Shown: in pieces, positions 38,466 through 51,761 of the stretch | How positions within the stretch are numbered: position 1 is the stretch's first letter | How the letters are laid out: each line of letters opens with the position of its first letter | NCBI GenBank assembly: GCA_015680685.1 | Contig: MNCI01001288.1 | Coordinates: 1 to 64,000, forward strand | Length of the DNA: 64,000 nt | Direction of reading: 5' to 3' | Origin: Gnetum montanum | Lineage: Eukaryota; Plantae; Gnetophyta | Notes under the pieces: model-generated | The model's database searches: none | The model's input: only the letters and a program-made list of their open reading frames with translations | What the model was told of the DNA's origin: nothing | Position numbers and translations under genes: made by a program

Positions 38466-39154
38466 TTCTGTAAAAAGGAATTCTAAAATTGGTCCGAAAG
38501 ATCTATGGGTCTCCAAGGACATGAAAAATTAAAGGTTTCAGTTTCATAAACATTTTATCATATGCTAGAAGCTCTTTGTTGCTCTAACAATTTGATACAA
38601 TAACAATTGGAATAAGACACCTTGACTGTAACACCTCCTAATCAAAACTAGGCTAGAAGGCATCTCATAGGGAAACACTAATACACACAAAAATGGCACT
38701 ATAGATTAAAGAGGGTTCTACAATTTCTGCTCTGCTACATTCAAAATATACATTTGTAAAATCAGTTATATCCAAACATTTCACATAATTGGAACTTCAT
38801 TTGGTCAAATTAATAGTGTAAATCATTCCCCCAAGAGTGAAATTTGCCGAGGTAAGTGTGCCTTTGTCACTCTTTGTCATAGGATCATTCACAGTACATG
38901 CTAAATATTATATTTATGAAAATACATTATACTGTTACAGAAAAATTACATTGTTTCAACAAAATAATTGCACAAAATCAAGGAGAGAGATTTACAGAAA
39001 CAATGTCAAAACATCCAAAAGGCATCCAACACTCATCAGCTTTTACAATTGGGAAAATTTTATTTAAAGAACTAATTGCAATAGGATGTACATTTTTGAA
39101 ATTCTAAAAGCTTGAAACAATGTTATAATGTAAATCGCATCAACCTTCCTGGTG

Positions 39155-39241
39155 TCATGCCTCTTGCTTTCTGCGCTTGTATCTTAACTGGGGAAATAAC
39201 AGTTGACGAAGTTGCCTTTCAGCCGCAAATTCAGACGTTGC
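39155..39241 (-). CDS. Terminal exon of an At3g49140/At3g59300-like protein (FMN-binding split barrel/DUF2470-type)
   Basis: CAG acceptor with pyrimidine tract, then ATSEFAAERQLRQLLFPQLRYKRRKQEA*, matching the family motif ATSE..AE.Q...LLFP. Confidence 0.88.
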   Translation of the reverse strand, partial: ATSEFAAERQLRQLLFPQLRYKRRKQEA

Positions 39242-39464
39242 CTGGAAATCCGGCATAAAGAATAAAGAATACTAGTTAAAAGCCTAACGAATGAATTCAC
39301 AGCTGTCTGCATGACATTTATGATTAAAAATATGTTTATATCATTGATTACTGACAAGGATTTTCAAACAAGCATCAAAGCCTCAGCATATGTCATGGTT
39401 ACTGTTTAATGATGTCTTCTAGGAATCTAGTAATTAACTACACTAAATATACTTATTATCAGCG

Positions 39465-40236
39465 GAGAAGTGTGTGGGCTGTGCAGGTTATTCAGGTGTG
39501 CACTGCTGGGGAACAGGGGGAGCAAGGTGAGAGTTTGAAGGCTAGAGGTAACACTTGGGAGGAGACCCCTGGGTCTTTTCGCTGGACAGAGTGGAAGGGC
39601 TGCTTAGGTACTGCTGAGCTCAAGGAGCTGGTCAATAAGGCTTGCCTGATTGCGGCAGAGTAGGCACGGGCCGAGGAGAGGGCTGTGTGGGAGGTGCAAT
39701 GGACAAGGAGGCAGACGGAGATTCAAATAGAGGCGGATCAATTGTGGGGTGGGGGATCTTCTGGAGCGGCAAAGAGCAGAGCTACTTTAGCTGATGGAGT
39801 CACACCGGGAACGGCAAGAGAGTATTGAGATGTTGAAGGATCTGTGGGAGCCAATGCAGCCTCTGTGTGTGGATCAGGCTGTGGATGTTGAGTAGGGGCC
39901 TGCATCCGGTGCGGTTGATTGACAAGGGGTTGCAACAAAGAGCATGTGGGAGGTGTAGGGTTGGGGTTGCTATGCGTTGTTCCGGCAACTTTTGGTTGCA
40001 AAGCTGGGGATCTGGCCATGGGGAAGGTTTGGGGGATTAAGGTATGTTGTATTTGAAGCCTGGGGTTCTGAAAATGGATTTCGGGGTAGTGCCCGGCCCT
40101 AGGCTGGGGTGGTTGGCTATGTTTGTGGGGGGTTTTCGGGGAGGGATCTGTTAGAGGTTGGGAGGTCTCTTTTTGGGCTTTGTGCCCTTGTACATTTTTT
40201 TTGAGTTAATATATCTCGACATGTTCTAAAAAAAAA
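39465..40236 (+). mobile_element. 5'-truncated LINE 3' end in the last intron of the host gene
   Basis: G-rich island ending in an A run (40228-40236); encodes R.EE...WE..W and RAELL motifs shared with 47867-48740. Confidence 0.6.
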
Positions 40237-40850
40237 GTGGAACAATCATATAAATATGTTATATATAACAAAATAAGAGGAAATAGAAGTGAGTTCATAA
40301 GAACAAAAACATAAACTTTCCTAAAAGACAAGCATATCCCACCATGTTCCAGTGGTGATGAGATGCACATTCAGAATGGCGAAATGGATCGCCAGACATG
40401 CTTGTTTTGTTAATAGTCATACATTGCATGACTTCTATACAAGGCATAGTGGCATAGTGTGCAGGGTATGTTAGACTATATCAGAGCTAGGAAAGTTATC
40501 TTATTGACTTGCAGACAACATAGTTTCTTTTATGAATATGTAAATAGTTTATATATTAAATGATCAAATTTAGATTAACCTACAACCATAAATTCTTTGG
40601 GATCCTACACATCAACCAGAAAACATTATTAATAACCCTTTACGCATGCAGCTATTCTTAAAATAGATATAACTTAAAATAGCAGCAAACCATCAATAGA
40701 ACAAATTAAGAGACATCTAAAATCAGCAAAACATTATACAGTCGCTTCAATTGATTAGGCATTCTACAGAACCAGCATTCTTATAGTATTCAAGGACTAA
40801 ACGCAACACAGTCGCTTCAATTGATTAGGCATTGTTATTACAGGTTATAC

Positions 40851-40946
40851 CTCCCTGTCAAATGCAAATCGAAGAGTTTGTAGTTGAGTTTCAAAGAGAA
40901 TCCTGACATCAATTCCAAGCCTATCAATTCCAATAAGAGTTGCCTC
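40851..40946 (-). CDS. Penultimate exon of the same At3g49140/At3g59300-like gene
   Basis: AG...GT bounded, phase 0, EATLIGIDRLGIDVRILFETQLQTLRFAFDRE; splices in frame to 39241. Confidence 0.9.
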
Positions 40947-41288
40947 CTGCATAATAGTATTTCCAGCATGCAATTTGCTTCATAAGAATACAGTGCTACA
41001 TGAGGTAAAAAACCAATGTTTAGAAAGATGGATTTCTTTTGAAACAACCAATATAAATGCCCAAACAGTAAGCTGGGATATTGTAGGTAAAAGTCAAAGT
41101 ACAGAAATTTAAGGTTCCAAATAACAATTTCACATCAGAAACGTGCTAATGCCTATTAACAGTGTCTTTATCCCAATAATTTTGGGGTAACCTGTTCTAG
41201 TAGGCTGGCGATTTAAGGATGGTTTGAATGACTAGCTGTATACTTGACACTGACTTAAACATATATTTTTATTGTATCCTTAACTACC

Positions 41289-41330
41289 CATCATCATCTG
41301 AGCCTTGTCCCAACAATATGGGTCTACTAT
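41289..41330 (-). mobile_element. Short 3'-end remnant of an RTE LINE / Au-type SINE
   Basis: CATCATCATCTGAGCCTTGTCCCAACAATATGGGTC is the reverse complement of the ..TGGGA.AAGGCT..(GAT)n tail. Confidence 0.5.
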
Positions 41331-42756
41331 ATTGTATTCCCAACTGATTCACACTATTCCCTGTAATGACCCATTCTTCTTAGGTTTTTATCTTGATGTT
41401 TGTGGCAATGTTGGTGAGTCTACTTTGTTATGAGGGAATGTGTGGTTCATGTTGATTTGTAGAGCTGTCTATAGTTTATGACTGTGATAGATATAGTGTT
41501 ACCAATGTGCTTGTGTTGATGATTTGTATAATTTGATGATAACTTGTCAATCCACCTATGATGTCATAATTGAGATGGACTTGAGTGTTTTGATGTGCTC
41601 ATGACTTATGTGATGGATAGCACCTTTATATGGACTGGTTGAATGATGTATTGATGATTCACTAAACAACCAGTTATTCTTCTTTGTGATTAATTTGAGT
41701 TGTGCTGATGTGTGTCAGGTATTATTAGATGCAAAGTACTAAGCACGTACTACTGACTAATTCAGCATATATTTATGGAATGAACGGAAGGAATGCTGAG
41801 TAGAGATGAAACTAAAATGTTGATTTATTTGTCAGGTTGTTACTATGCTTTGATTGTTCCTATGTTGTATGGCATGTGCATTAAAATGATTCCTTAAATT
41901 GATTAGAATGTTTCATTGTGAATCAATGTGGGTATCTCATGTACATGCTATGTTTTGGATCTGTTGTCCATAAATGCAATTGCACAAATGCTAATTATTG
42001 AGCAAACAAATTTGGAAAGAAAAAGGAAATAAAGAAAAGATTCCTTATATAATGCCTTGAGGGTTGAAAGAGGTATGTTTTGCTTAGCATGAATGATTCT
42101 TTTAAATATATACATATACACCTGTTGTTGGGGAACTTGACTAATTAATCAAGTGGAAGGAACCTGACCTATGAATCAAGAATATTATTTGTATCATAGT
42201 TGTGTTATTTTAATAATGAACATGTAGAATGTTGTGTGTGTTGTTGATGCACTATTCTTAGAATTTTATCGGTTAATAGAGTATAAGTACCCCCTTTATG
42301 GCTGGAGAAAGGTAGCACAACGACCTTTCAAGGCATCATAAGACAATGCAATAATAAGTTATGAACATAAAATGGAAACTTTTGCATTGTCAATGGCTTG
42401 AAATAGAAGGTGTTTCATTTAGTTTTACGTCTTGGACTTGCACTTTTTCATATTTTTAGTTTGAAACATCTACCATTGCACCTTATGACTTGATTTCTAA
42501 GAAAAAATGTTGTTGGAAATGAAGCACAACTACATATTTATTGATAATAGATTTAGAAGTGATATGTAATTAAGAAAAAGAAGGAGAGATGGATATTATG
42601 TTTGAATGTTTTATGCATATCAATTTTCTGTTATGTAAGATTAAGAAGAATTGAACCTGACAATATGCCAAAAGTAGAATTTCAAAATACTGAAAATTGC
42701 AAATCAGGGAATTGAACCTGCAACCTGTTAGAATATATTTTTATTAATTTTGAACA

Positions 42757-44087
42757 ATGATCATGGAAAAAATCAGCGGGAGTACAAAAGCAGGAGCAGG
42801 AGTGGGAGGAGTGGTGTCGATCGACAAGGATAGCGAAGGAGGGTCCAACAGCTACAGAGGTAGATTTGAGAACTTGAGCGTTGGTAGGGTGATTGGCGGA
42901 GAGGATGGGTCAGGAGGTGGTACTGGGGAGGAGATGGCAGAAAGAACGGAAGTGATGGGTTGGCATCCTAATGATAGGGGAATCAAAGCTTGTACACAAC
43001 ATGAGTGCACCATAAGATTGTAGGTTTGGTGCACCATGAGACTGTAGGTCCAACACCCACCTAATTAGGGCATGTAGACAATGGAACTCAGCCTTATTGG
43101 CAAATTTGTCTCCACGGGTCCTCGACCCAGGATGGACCTTATCAAGAAATGGGTAGCAACGAGCTAGGGTTTGATGGATGTTGACATTTGTAGTCTGTTA
43201 GAGGAGCTGTTGCTCTGTCTTTTGTTCAGCTACCGATCGAGATATAGTGCTTCTAGGGGGGTCTGTGGTTTTATGGTGCTTGGGGCTTGGTACTTACACC
43301 ATGGTGGCCTGGTGTGCACAAAGATGCTAACCTCTTCTCTCAGGCACTGGTGTGGATTTGGGTCTTAGGCATTCCTTGGGAGTTATGGATTGCTGATTTC
43401 TTAAAAATCCTAGCTAGATTCTTTGGAGAGTTCAACATGTTTGATTGGTTCATAGAATTGATGGAAAGAGTGGGATACACTCACTTTTGTGGATGGCGTT
43501 TGTTGGGCTCTAGGGACCTAGTTCAGGAAGTGGTCCTGGATCTTCCAATGGGGGAGGACACACCTTGTGTTGAATATGAGAATCTACCCACTAATAAGCC
43601 TTGTGCAGAGGACACGACTACAAGTGCGCATTGCACAATCTGTGGGAAGGCAAACCACATGGTAGCTGATTGTCATGTCTGTGCCAAAGCACCTGCACCT
43701 AAGAAGGGAGGGGACGGATGGAGGTTGGTAGGATTGCGGGGGTGGCTTGTGCCAAAGCCCGTGCATGCATTAGATCCTGGGCAACTCAATCCTCAAGAGT
43801 CACTTCCCCAAAAGCCCAACCTACAAATCCTGATAGGGTTGGGGGTGATCTCCCCTCATTGGGGGATTGGGTTGCAGTTGTGAGAGGTTCATTGGTTCCA
43901 AAGATGACAGAGATTTTGGAGGCTGCTGAGGCAACTCAAGGGGGATTTCAAATTTCACCGAAGCTTGGGAAGGTTGGTAGGCCTCACACTAGTGGCTTGG
44001 AGTAAAAAAACACAAATGGAGGTAGACATGGGATTATAGCCGACCTTGAAAGAGGTCTTCAAGAAACGATTGGCTAGTAAGCCATGA
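42757..44087 (+). pseudogene. LINE ORF1 (DUF4283 and zinc knuckle)
   Basis: LIGKFV, VLTPWWPG, VWIWVLGIPWELW, VEYENLP, CTICGKANHMVADC. Confidence 0.85.
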
Positions 44088-47000
44088 AAATCTTATCATG
44101 GAATTGTAGGGACCAAGGTACACCCTATAAAAGAAATACCCTAAAATACATTGTAAGGAGAGAGGACTATGATGTGGTGTGTTTACAAGAAACCAAGCTA
44201 CAACCTATGGAGACCCACTTTATCAAATGGGATGGGTGGCATGTGCAGTTGGTTGCTAGTTGAGGTCAGGTCGAAGGTCTGGCAGTATTGGCACAGTTCT
44301 ATACCCTGGTAGATTCCTCTACCTGGAGTATTACTATTCTTATGATTGATGCTAGTATCTGGCTCACAAACTTCTATGGAGCTCATGCCTAGGAGGTAAG
44401 GTTGGAAGAGCTTAGTAGGATTGCATAGATGGTACTAGATAAATGGTAGTGGGTCGTGGTTGGGGATTTCAACCAATGCTTGCATCCTTGGGAGAAATTT
44501 GGGGATGACACCTTGGAGCCACATGGTAGTCAATAGTTCTTGACTTTCATGCAAAACCATGACTTGGTGGACATGGACATCGCAGGTTGCTATTTCACAT
44601 GGAGTAATAGATCCTGGGAAAGGACCATGTTCTCTCTAGGATTGATAGAGTCTAGGATAGTACCAACATCCTAATGAATTCTGAGGTGCAGGTGTACGAG
44701 AAAGAGAGGCAAGTGTCAGATCATTGTTCTATCATCTGCCATGTGAGGCAGGCACCACGATAGATGGCTTACCCCTTTCGCTTTGAACAATTGTGGCTGT
44801 TGAAGCCTTGGCTCAGGTTGTTAGTGGCAGCAATCTGGGTTGATTATCCTTTGTAGGTTGATCTGCAGGACTTTCTTAAAGAGGGCCTCGGCTACCTTAA
44901 GAAAGCCATACACTCTATAAGAACAGAAGAGAAGTATTCCTTTAGAACCAACAGAATGACACTACTTAAATGACTTGCAGAGTTCCAAGCTCTGTAGGAA
45001 ATAGGGGAGTTGGTGAAAGATGTTGAATAGGCGGTCTTTAAAGAACTACAAATCCTCTTTGAAGAAGAGGAAGTCATTGGAAACAACATGCACAAACTAA
45101 GTGGCTAAAGGAAGGAGATAGGAATACAAGGTTTTTTTTTGCTACTGCAAAGTCCAATGGACACACTAAAAGTATCAACTTGATGTAGGAAGGAGTCACT
45201 TTGATCAATGCCTAGGAGATTGCATAGGTGATGCATAAATATTGGGCCAATATTTGGGGCAAGAAAAGCACACTTCCAATGTCTATTCCAATGCAGTTAG
45301 TGATTGGTGCAGTGGAGAATAGTAGACTACTGGAACCTTTTACTTGGACGAAGCTGGAAGAAGCGTTGGCATCTATGAAATCAGACAGGGCCCTTGGCCT
45401 TGATGGTTGGCCGATGGAATTCTTGTAGGTGTTTGCTGATGTTATGGGGAGGAATATCTTAGATGCTTTCAACTTGATGCTCCAATGGCAACAAGTTCAC
45501 CAAGAAAATAATTGCTCTAGAATTATTCTCATTCCCAAATTGGCCAATCCTTTCAATTTTGTCCAATTGGGGTTTGTAACACCTTGATCCGCCTGTTTAC
45601 TAAGATGCTAGTATGCTGAATAGTGCTACTGATGCCACACTTGGTGGGAAGCAATCAAATCAAGTTAAGGGTCATTTCCTCCAAGACCAGATTATTTTGT
45701 TGTAGAAGATCATTAACTCGCTACAGAACATCGGGTACCTAGGTATGTACATCAAACATGATATTACCAAGGCTTATGATACAATTAGCTAGGAGGCTTT
45801 GATGAAAATAATGTTACCAAAAGGGTTTGATCCTAGATTTGTCAATATGTGCATTCAAATACAAACTTCAAGGGCTTATTCTTTTGATATAGATGGGAAG
45901 CTTTGGGGGGTTTTCCTCCCCTGAATGGGGTCTGAGGCAAGGGGAGCCTCACTCCCACTACCTATTTATTATCGCAATGGACACCTTATAGTCTTATTGC
46001 AAGATGGAAGGTGTCAGAGGGATGGAAATTGCGGGAGTTGATTGCCTAGCAGAACATTATGCTAATGATACCATTCTGTTTTCGCATGTGTCTGCACCAT
46101 AGGCCCATGCAGTTAATAGCGTACATGGCAAGATGGCTCAAGAAATTGGACTAGAAATTAACTAGGAGAAGTTTGCGCTACACCTAACTAACACAATGGG
46201 GTGCATAAAGGGGAGAATTTCTCAGCTTCTAGGGATACTCCCAAGTACTGAACATGACTCCTACTTGGGCCTACCCATTTATGCTTGGTGAAGAAAAGGC
46301 ACTTGGTTTGTGTTGATACAAAAGCTACAACAACGTATTGGGCATTAGACCACATGTTTTCTCACTAGGAAAGGTAGAATTGTTTTGGTGACTTTGGTAC
46401 TTTCAGCTATTGCCAGATTTACTGCGTTAGTGGCTTCCCATCCCTTGGGCATTATCCACAAGGTGGATCAACTTATTAGAAACTGTCTGGTCAAGTGGTA
46501 AAGGAAGTGAGCATATGCATATGGTTGGCTAGGATATTGTGGCAAGGCCTTGGGAGGCTAGCGGACTGGGCTTTTAAAATTTCAAGATGTGATTACTATG
46601 GGCTGCCAACATCTCACAAACTAGCTTCTATAGTCTGGTGATACCTCCGTGCAGTGGGTTCATATCATGTAGACGAAATATCAACAATGGAAAGCAGTGA
46701 ACTGTGATTCACATATATGGTGTACCATATGTAATCATGCTAATGTGATGGAACTTGGAGGTATGCTGGGGGTGCCACCTCAGGACATTATTAAAACCAA
46801 ATATACCCCAGTTGAAGGCTGGTGAACTATTTGGAAAGGCAGGCTCATTGCGAAGACTAAGGTTTTTCTTTGGTTAATAAATCATGATGCATTGCTAGTG
46901 TAGGCTATACTCCAAGCGCAAGGATTAAACTTGAATGATGCTTGCCCATTACGTACAAGAGTCCCGAAAACAATAAATAATTTCGCTTATCAATACACTA

Positions 47001-47750
47001 ATTCCATGGACACTTGGTAGGTTGTGGTGCTTCCACTTTTTGTTAATTTGAATGAGGATTCTTTAGCAACGATGGTGGTATGGGCCTTGTGGAAAATGTG
47101 CTACAATTTGATTTTTCGTTCAAAGCCACTTCTTCCACTGGCATAGGTAGCAACACTTGGGGTTAAATGGTGGCAAGAGGCATAAGTGGCAATGGGAAGA
47201 ACGTTAACATTTGAGTCATCCTACTCAGTCTTCTAATCGAATCAGGTGTTGTGGGGGCTTGTGTATCATGTGGGATGGGCATATGTCCTTGTGATGCTTG
47301 AGGGGGAGCTTGACCTCGCAGACAACTCCTTTCGCAATTGGATTGCCAATTCCACAACTTTTAGCGTTGTGCCCATTCTTCTCATTGAGGCCTCGTTGGC
47401 GAGCATGCTGGGGGTCTCAACCATGGGAGAGGTCATCCTTCCTGTTGGTCGTGGGTTGCAAGAGGCGGTGGGGTTTTCCCAAGGCCCATGCCAAAGACAG
47501 GAAGTGAGCAAGTGCTAGAATTGTCCCTACTTTAGTTGTGGCAAGAAGTTGTAGAATTGGTGGACAAATTCTTCATACAATCAAGCAATGTCCAGAAGCT
47601 GTAGGGTGTACACTTCTTCATGAAATGGTTGTGACTTGGCCATGGTGTTAACTTGCTGAGATTCTTTGTGGCAGCGCTTCAATGGCATAGATAGGGCCAT
47701 CACTCAGGTCTAATTTTCGCCCTTAAGAGGTCGGTTTGGCCGGTAAGCCC
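44084..47750 (+). pseudogene. LINE ORF2 (endonuclease, reverse transcriptase, zf-RVT, RNase H-like)
   Basis: MKILSWNCR, CLQETK, GDFN, SDHC, DITKAYD, GLRQG, HYANDT (decayed YADD), YLGLP; many stops. Confidence 0.9.
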
Positions 47751-47866
47751 AAATTGGTCAAGGCCTGAGCCTCTTGTTGTTTACAGCCATCGGCCAACAG
47801 GGGGGGGGGGCGGGGGTAGGTGTTGGGTGAGAGGCTTCTCAAGCCTAACATTTGCAAGAAATATCA

Positions 47867-48740
47867 ATGTAGGAGGAGGAGGGTCAGACTTCTAGGCCAT
47901 AGCCCTCTGGGATGCAGGAGGTTCGACGGTTGCCTTCCCTGAATGAGGTAAGGTTGATGCGTCAAACAATGCTCAAGGTGGAATTGGCTAAGGCCATGGT
48001 AGAGGCCATAGAGAAGGACACAATGGTGGTGGTAGAAAAGGCGGAGGCAGAGGAAATGGTGAATGTTGTGGCAAAGGCAATGGAGAAGGCCACAAAGAAG
48101 GTAGTAGTTGATGCAGCAAAGTGGATCCGCAAGGAGGAATGTATCTTGTGGGAGGCAAAATGGTAGGCCAGAGGAGGAGTTCCAACGGCTGACAGCTCAA
48201 CCAAAAAGGAGATTCGTTGAGATGGAATGCAAAGCCAAAAGATGATGGGACTTGGAGGCTACGGAGACTAGGGTGGTGCTAGAGGATGTGTCGTGTGTGT
48301 AGATTCGTGCAGAGCTACTCCAGGAGGAACAACAGAAGGCAACACAAGAACAAGCAGAAGAGGAGAAATGGGCACAGGATCAGCAAGAAGCTAGAGAGCT
48401 GCAACAACAGCAGGATCATGCACATGAACAAAACACACAGTGTTGGCTCGAGGATGGGAAATGCCCCTATGTCATTATGGACATTAATTGTAATACCTCC
48501 TAGTTGGCTTTGCGCTGACACATTAGGAGGACAACCGTGAGGCTCTACTTGGATGGGACCGACAATGAGGCAGAGTGTGCCTAGAAGGAGGAGACTTTCA
48601 AAGAATTCTAGCAAGCTATGGTGTTTGTGGACATAGAAAGACACTAGGTGGTTTTCAAAGCCATTCATGCCCAGAAACATGTGACCTACCATTGTATAAG
48701 CCTTCCTAGACATTTGTAGACTTTGGGCCTTTCTTAGTGG
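47867..48740 (+). pseudogene. Putative LINE ORF3 (Glu/Gln-rich coiled coil)
   Basis: ATG 47867 in frame with ORF 47912-48166 through two TAG codons; RAELLQEEQQKATQEQAEEEKW segment; homologous to 39465-40236. Confidence 0.45.
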
Positions 48741-49504
48741 ATAGGAAGGGGTTCTCATTTGTTGGATGTTGTTTTTTGGACTTTTTTTTGTCTCTCGCGC
48801 AATGTATGATCTGATCTGCCAAGAAAAGGGGAATTTTCCTAAGGATGGGCTTTAGGTTCTAACCATTCCACAACTGAGTGGATATTTTGTTTTAATTTTT
48901 TTGATTTGTCTCTAGGGATGGTTTGTTTTAATTTTAATTAAAAGAAAATTAAAGCTAAGCAGCAATCCAACATTGCAATTAATTGTTTTTGCTAAGTAAA
49001 AAATCTGAGTAAGATGGTAAGATGAATCCTTCTGTTGCTATTTGTGATAAATAGCATTGCCTGATTATCTCAAATTTTGAGCTCATCTCCTTTCTTAGGT
49101 TTGAATATCTTTTTATTTATGAGTCAACTTTAACAAGATTTGTTGTTAAGATCTTGTGATGAATCCTTGATTTTGTTGTTGGATCTCTCCACCTGTCCTC
49201 AGCACTCTTAGGCCTAAATGACTTGGATGAGAGTTCTTTTGGTAACAATTCAGAAACACCCATAATGATTTGGGACATTTTTGGCATAAACATTCTGTTG
49301 GAAAAAGTTAGAGTATCCTTGGGCCCATGTCCATTTTGTAATTTTAGAATTTTTGATGGTGTGGTGGTTCCTTGGAATCCCCAATCCAAGCCCTCACAAG
49401 TTGCAACAATCCTAAAAAATACCAAATTGAACAAGAAAAGGAAATGCAAACTTTATTTTTGCCTAGCAAGATGAGCACGATGGCTTTGGGTCATGATTAT
49501 TGCT

Positions 49505-50380
49505 TGATGAGCAGCAGGTATTCCCTACACCCAACCATACGAATCACTAGCGTGTACGCACGATCCGGTCGGATTCCATGGACTTTATTTACCGAAGTGG
49601 CTGATATTCCTAGACAGTGAAATCTGTAATTGTTAGTCGTTTTCTTCCTAATCAACACTTGTGTTAATCTGTGTAGGGTTAAATGTGTTTGAAGCATAAG
49701 ATCTGTATTTTTATGCTTTTTATTATTATTTTCTTTGCTTGCTAAATAATTAAGTAAATAAAGATTTAATATTTAAATTAACTAATCAATTAACTATTGA
49801 ATTAGTTAACTAGCCTAACATAGAGTATCCATTCTGACTTTCTATATACATCTTAAATGTATATTTATGCTGCTAGGCAACCAAGTATATACTAGTGGGT
49901 GTACAATGTATCAACTACTGAGATTACCAAGTGTTAATATATTCTACTTGAAGTGGCCATACTCATGTTGCTTACAAATGATAATATTATTTGCTTAATA
50001 ACAGAAAAGTAAATTTCTGAAAAGTAGATTTATGCTAGTCCAAGTGCTACAAGGATACAAGAAATCCTGATCTTATTTCTGCTTATGCAAATGTATCCAT
50101 GTACATATGCACTCGAATAAAATGTTGTACAATCACTTGAATCCACGTTGTCGGCACTCAGAGGGAAAATATTGTAACTTCTATGAAAAGGAACTACAAG
50201 AGTTCAACTAAGGTAATGACCAGAAGGTACCATAAATGCTAGGGGCATGTGCATTTATATAGGCAATGCTTGCATCAATGTCGATGTACTTGCATCAACG
50301 TCGATGTACTTGCATCAACGCATCCTAAGATATGTTGACAGGGCTGCATTGATGCAACCTATCTTATTAATGTTTCATCA
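49505..50380 (-). mobile_element. Solo LTR related to E1-E3
   Basis: TGATGA...TCATCA ends, U5 end similar to the E2/E3 LTRs (CAACCATACGAATCAC..CGATCCGGTC), flanks TTGCT/TTACT (TSD with one mismatch), TATA near 50255 on minus. Confidence 0.85.
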
Positions 50381-51761
50381 TTACTTAAAGGAAATAAAAT
50401 ACAATGCACAAAGGAAGCAAACACACTCTGAAGGATCAACAATCATTTAATCAAACCCTCATACCCTCTCACAATACAAGCTTGACCATCAATAGATGAT
50501 CAATCACTCAAAATGCTTTAAAAAATCTCTCTTTCTCAAACAAGCTTTTTAATCACAAACATCATTAGGCTAGCATTAGGCATCTTCTCTTATGTCACCT
50601 TGGCCTTGTACCTTTTGAAGTGGCCCTTAATCTTCCCCAACTATTGGACTTCCTTGAAAATTTGTGCCTTCTCCCAAAAAACAAATTTTAATGAGAATGC
50701 AAGTGATTGCAACTCACAGCTCCCTTGCAGTAGCCATCCTACAACTGGACTACGGCTCACACCATGCTGTATCGGTAAAATCTGAATATTTTGGGCATTG
50801 TTTCTTTGCTAACAGCAACCCCACTATGACTAGCAATTTTGAGATTGCAACCTCCTATGACTTGTAGGTCCTTGCAACTCTCTCAAACACTTGGAAATTA
50901 CCAAAAACAACTTATTGTGATAGACTACAACTTGACCATAACTCATAGCATACCTGCAGTTGCTTGCCTAGACCATCAAATCCATGCAAATGACTTCAAA
51001 CAAAGAACCAAACACAACCACAACTCCCACCATTCCTAGGATAGTTTGAGGATAAGAATTACCTCAAAGAGTGTGTTGATGTCATCCTCAATTCAATTCT
51101 CGATCTTTGGTTGGGAATTGGCTTGATGAACACCCTTGAATGCTTATTCCTTGTATTTGAATTTTAATTCTTATTTGTGTACCTTCTCAAGTTTGATTTT
51201 GTTATCTTTCTGAGTCCAATGGAGTAGAAGAAATCTAGGATGTGAACTTATGGCTGCTAAATATTAGTGAAGTTAGTTCATGGCTATTATGTCAATGATT
51301 TCTCTATTCTCTATTGTTTGTAGATTGGATAGTTAGATTAAATGTAGTGGCATACATTATATTATTTCAGGTTAGAAGAGTCAAATTGAAATGACTTTTA
51401 TTGTGAAGGTTTTCACAAGAAACTAAAATAGTATTATTCTGCAATTGAATGGATTTGAAATTAGTGATTTATATATTTCTTGTGGCCAACATTTAGGTTA
51501 AACAAATCTGTTGATGAATAGTATGAGATATATTTTTTATGGTATGAGAAAAATCAGAATTTGATCTATAAGTAAAAAAAATATCATATATGTACATCGT
51601 ATCAAAGGAATCTTGCATAGATTTTTTATATTGCTATTTACCTTCATGGTTGTCTTTTATCAGAAACTATGCTTAAGGAGCATTAGTATTTATTCTAAGT
51701 TTGGTTCAACCCTTATGTGGTTGTCCATTAGAAAATTTGAATTCATTTATTTATTATCATA

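Larger units (their letters stand above)
42755..48830 (+). mobile_element. Near full-length degenerate L1-clade LINE
   Basis: ORF1 and ORF2 overlap at ATGA (44084); EN, RT, zf-RVT and RNase H-like remnants; extra 3' region. Ends approximate, no clear TSD. Confidence 0.9.

Noticed and set aside
40738-40833. 26-bp direct repeat ACAGTCGCTTCAATTGATTAGGCATT as the TSD of a mobile element
   Set aside because: The intervening ~44 bp has no element features; most likely a local duplication or repair scar.
48315-48758. Hydrophobic 147-aa membrane protein ORF on minus
   Set aside because: It is the antisense shadow of the Glu/Gln/Lys-rich plus-strand LINE 3' region.
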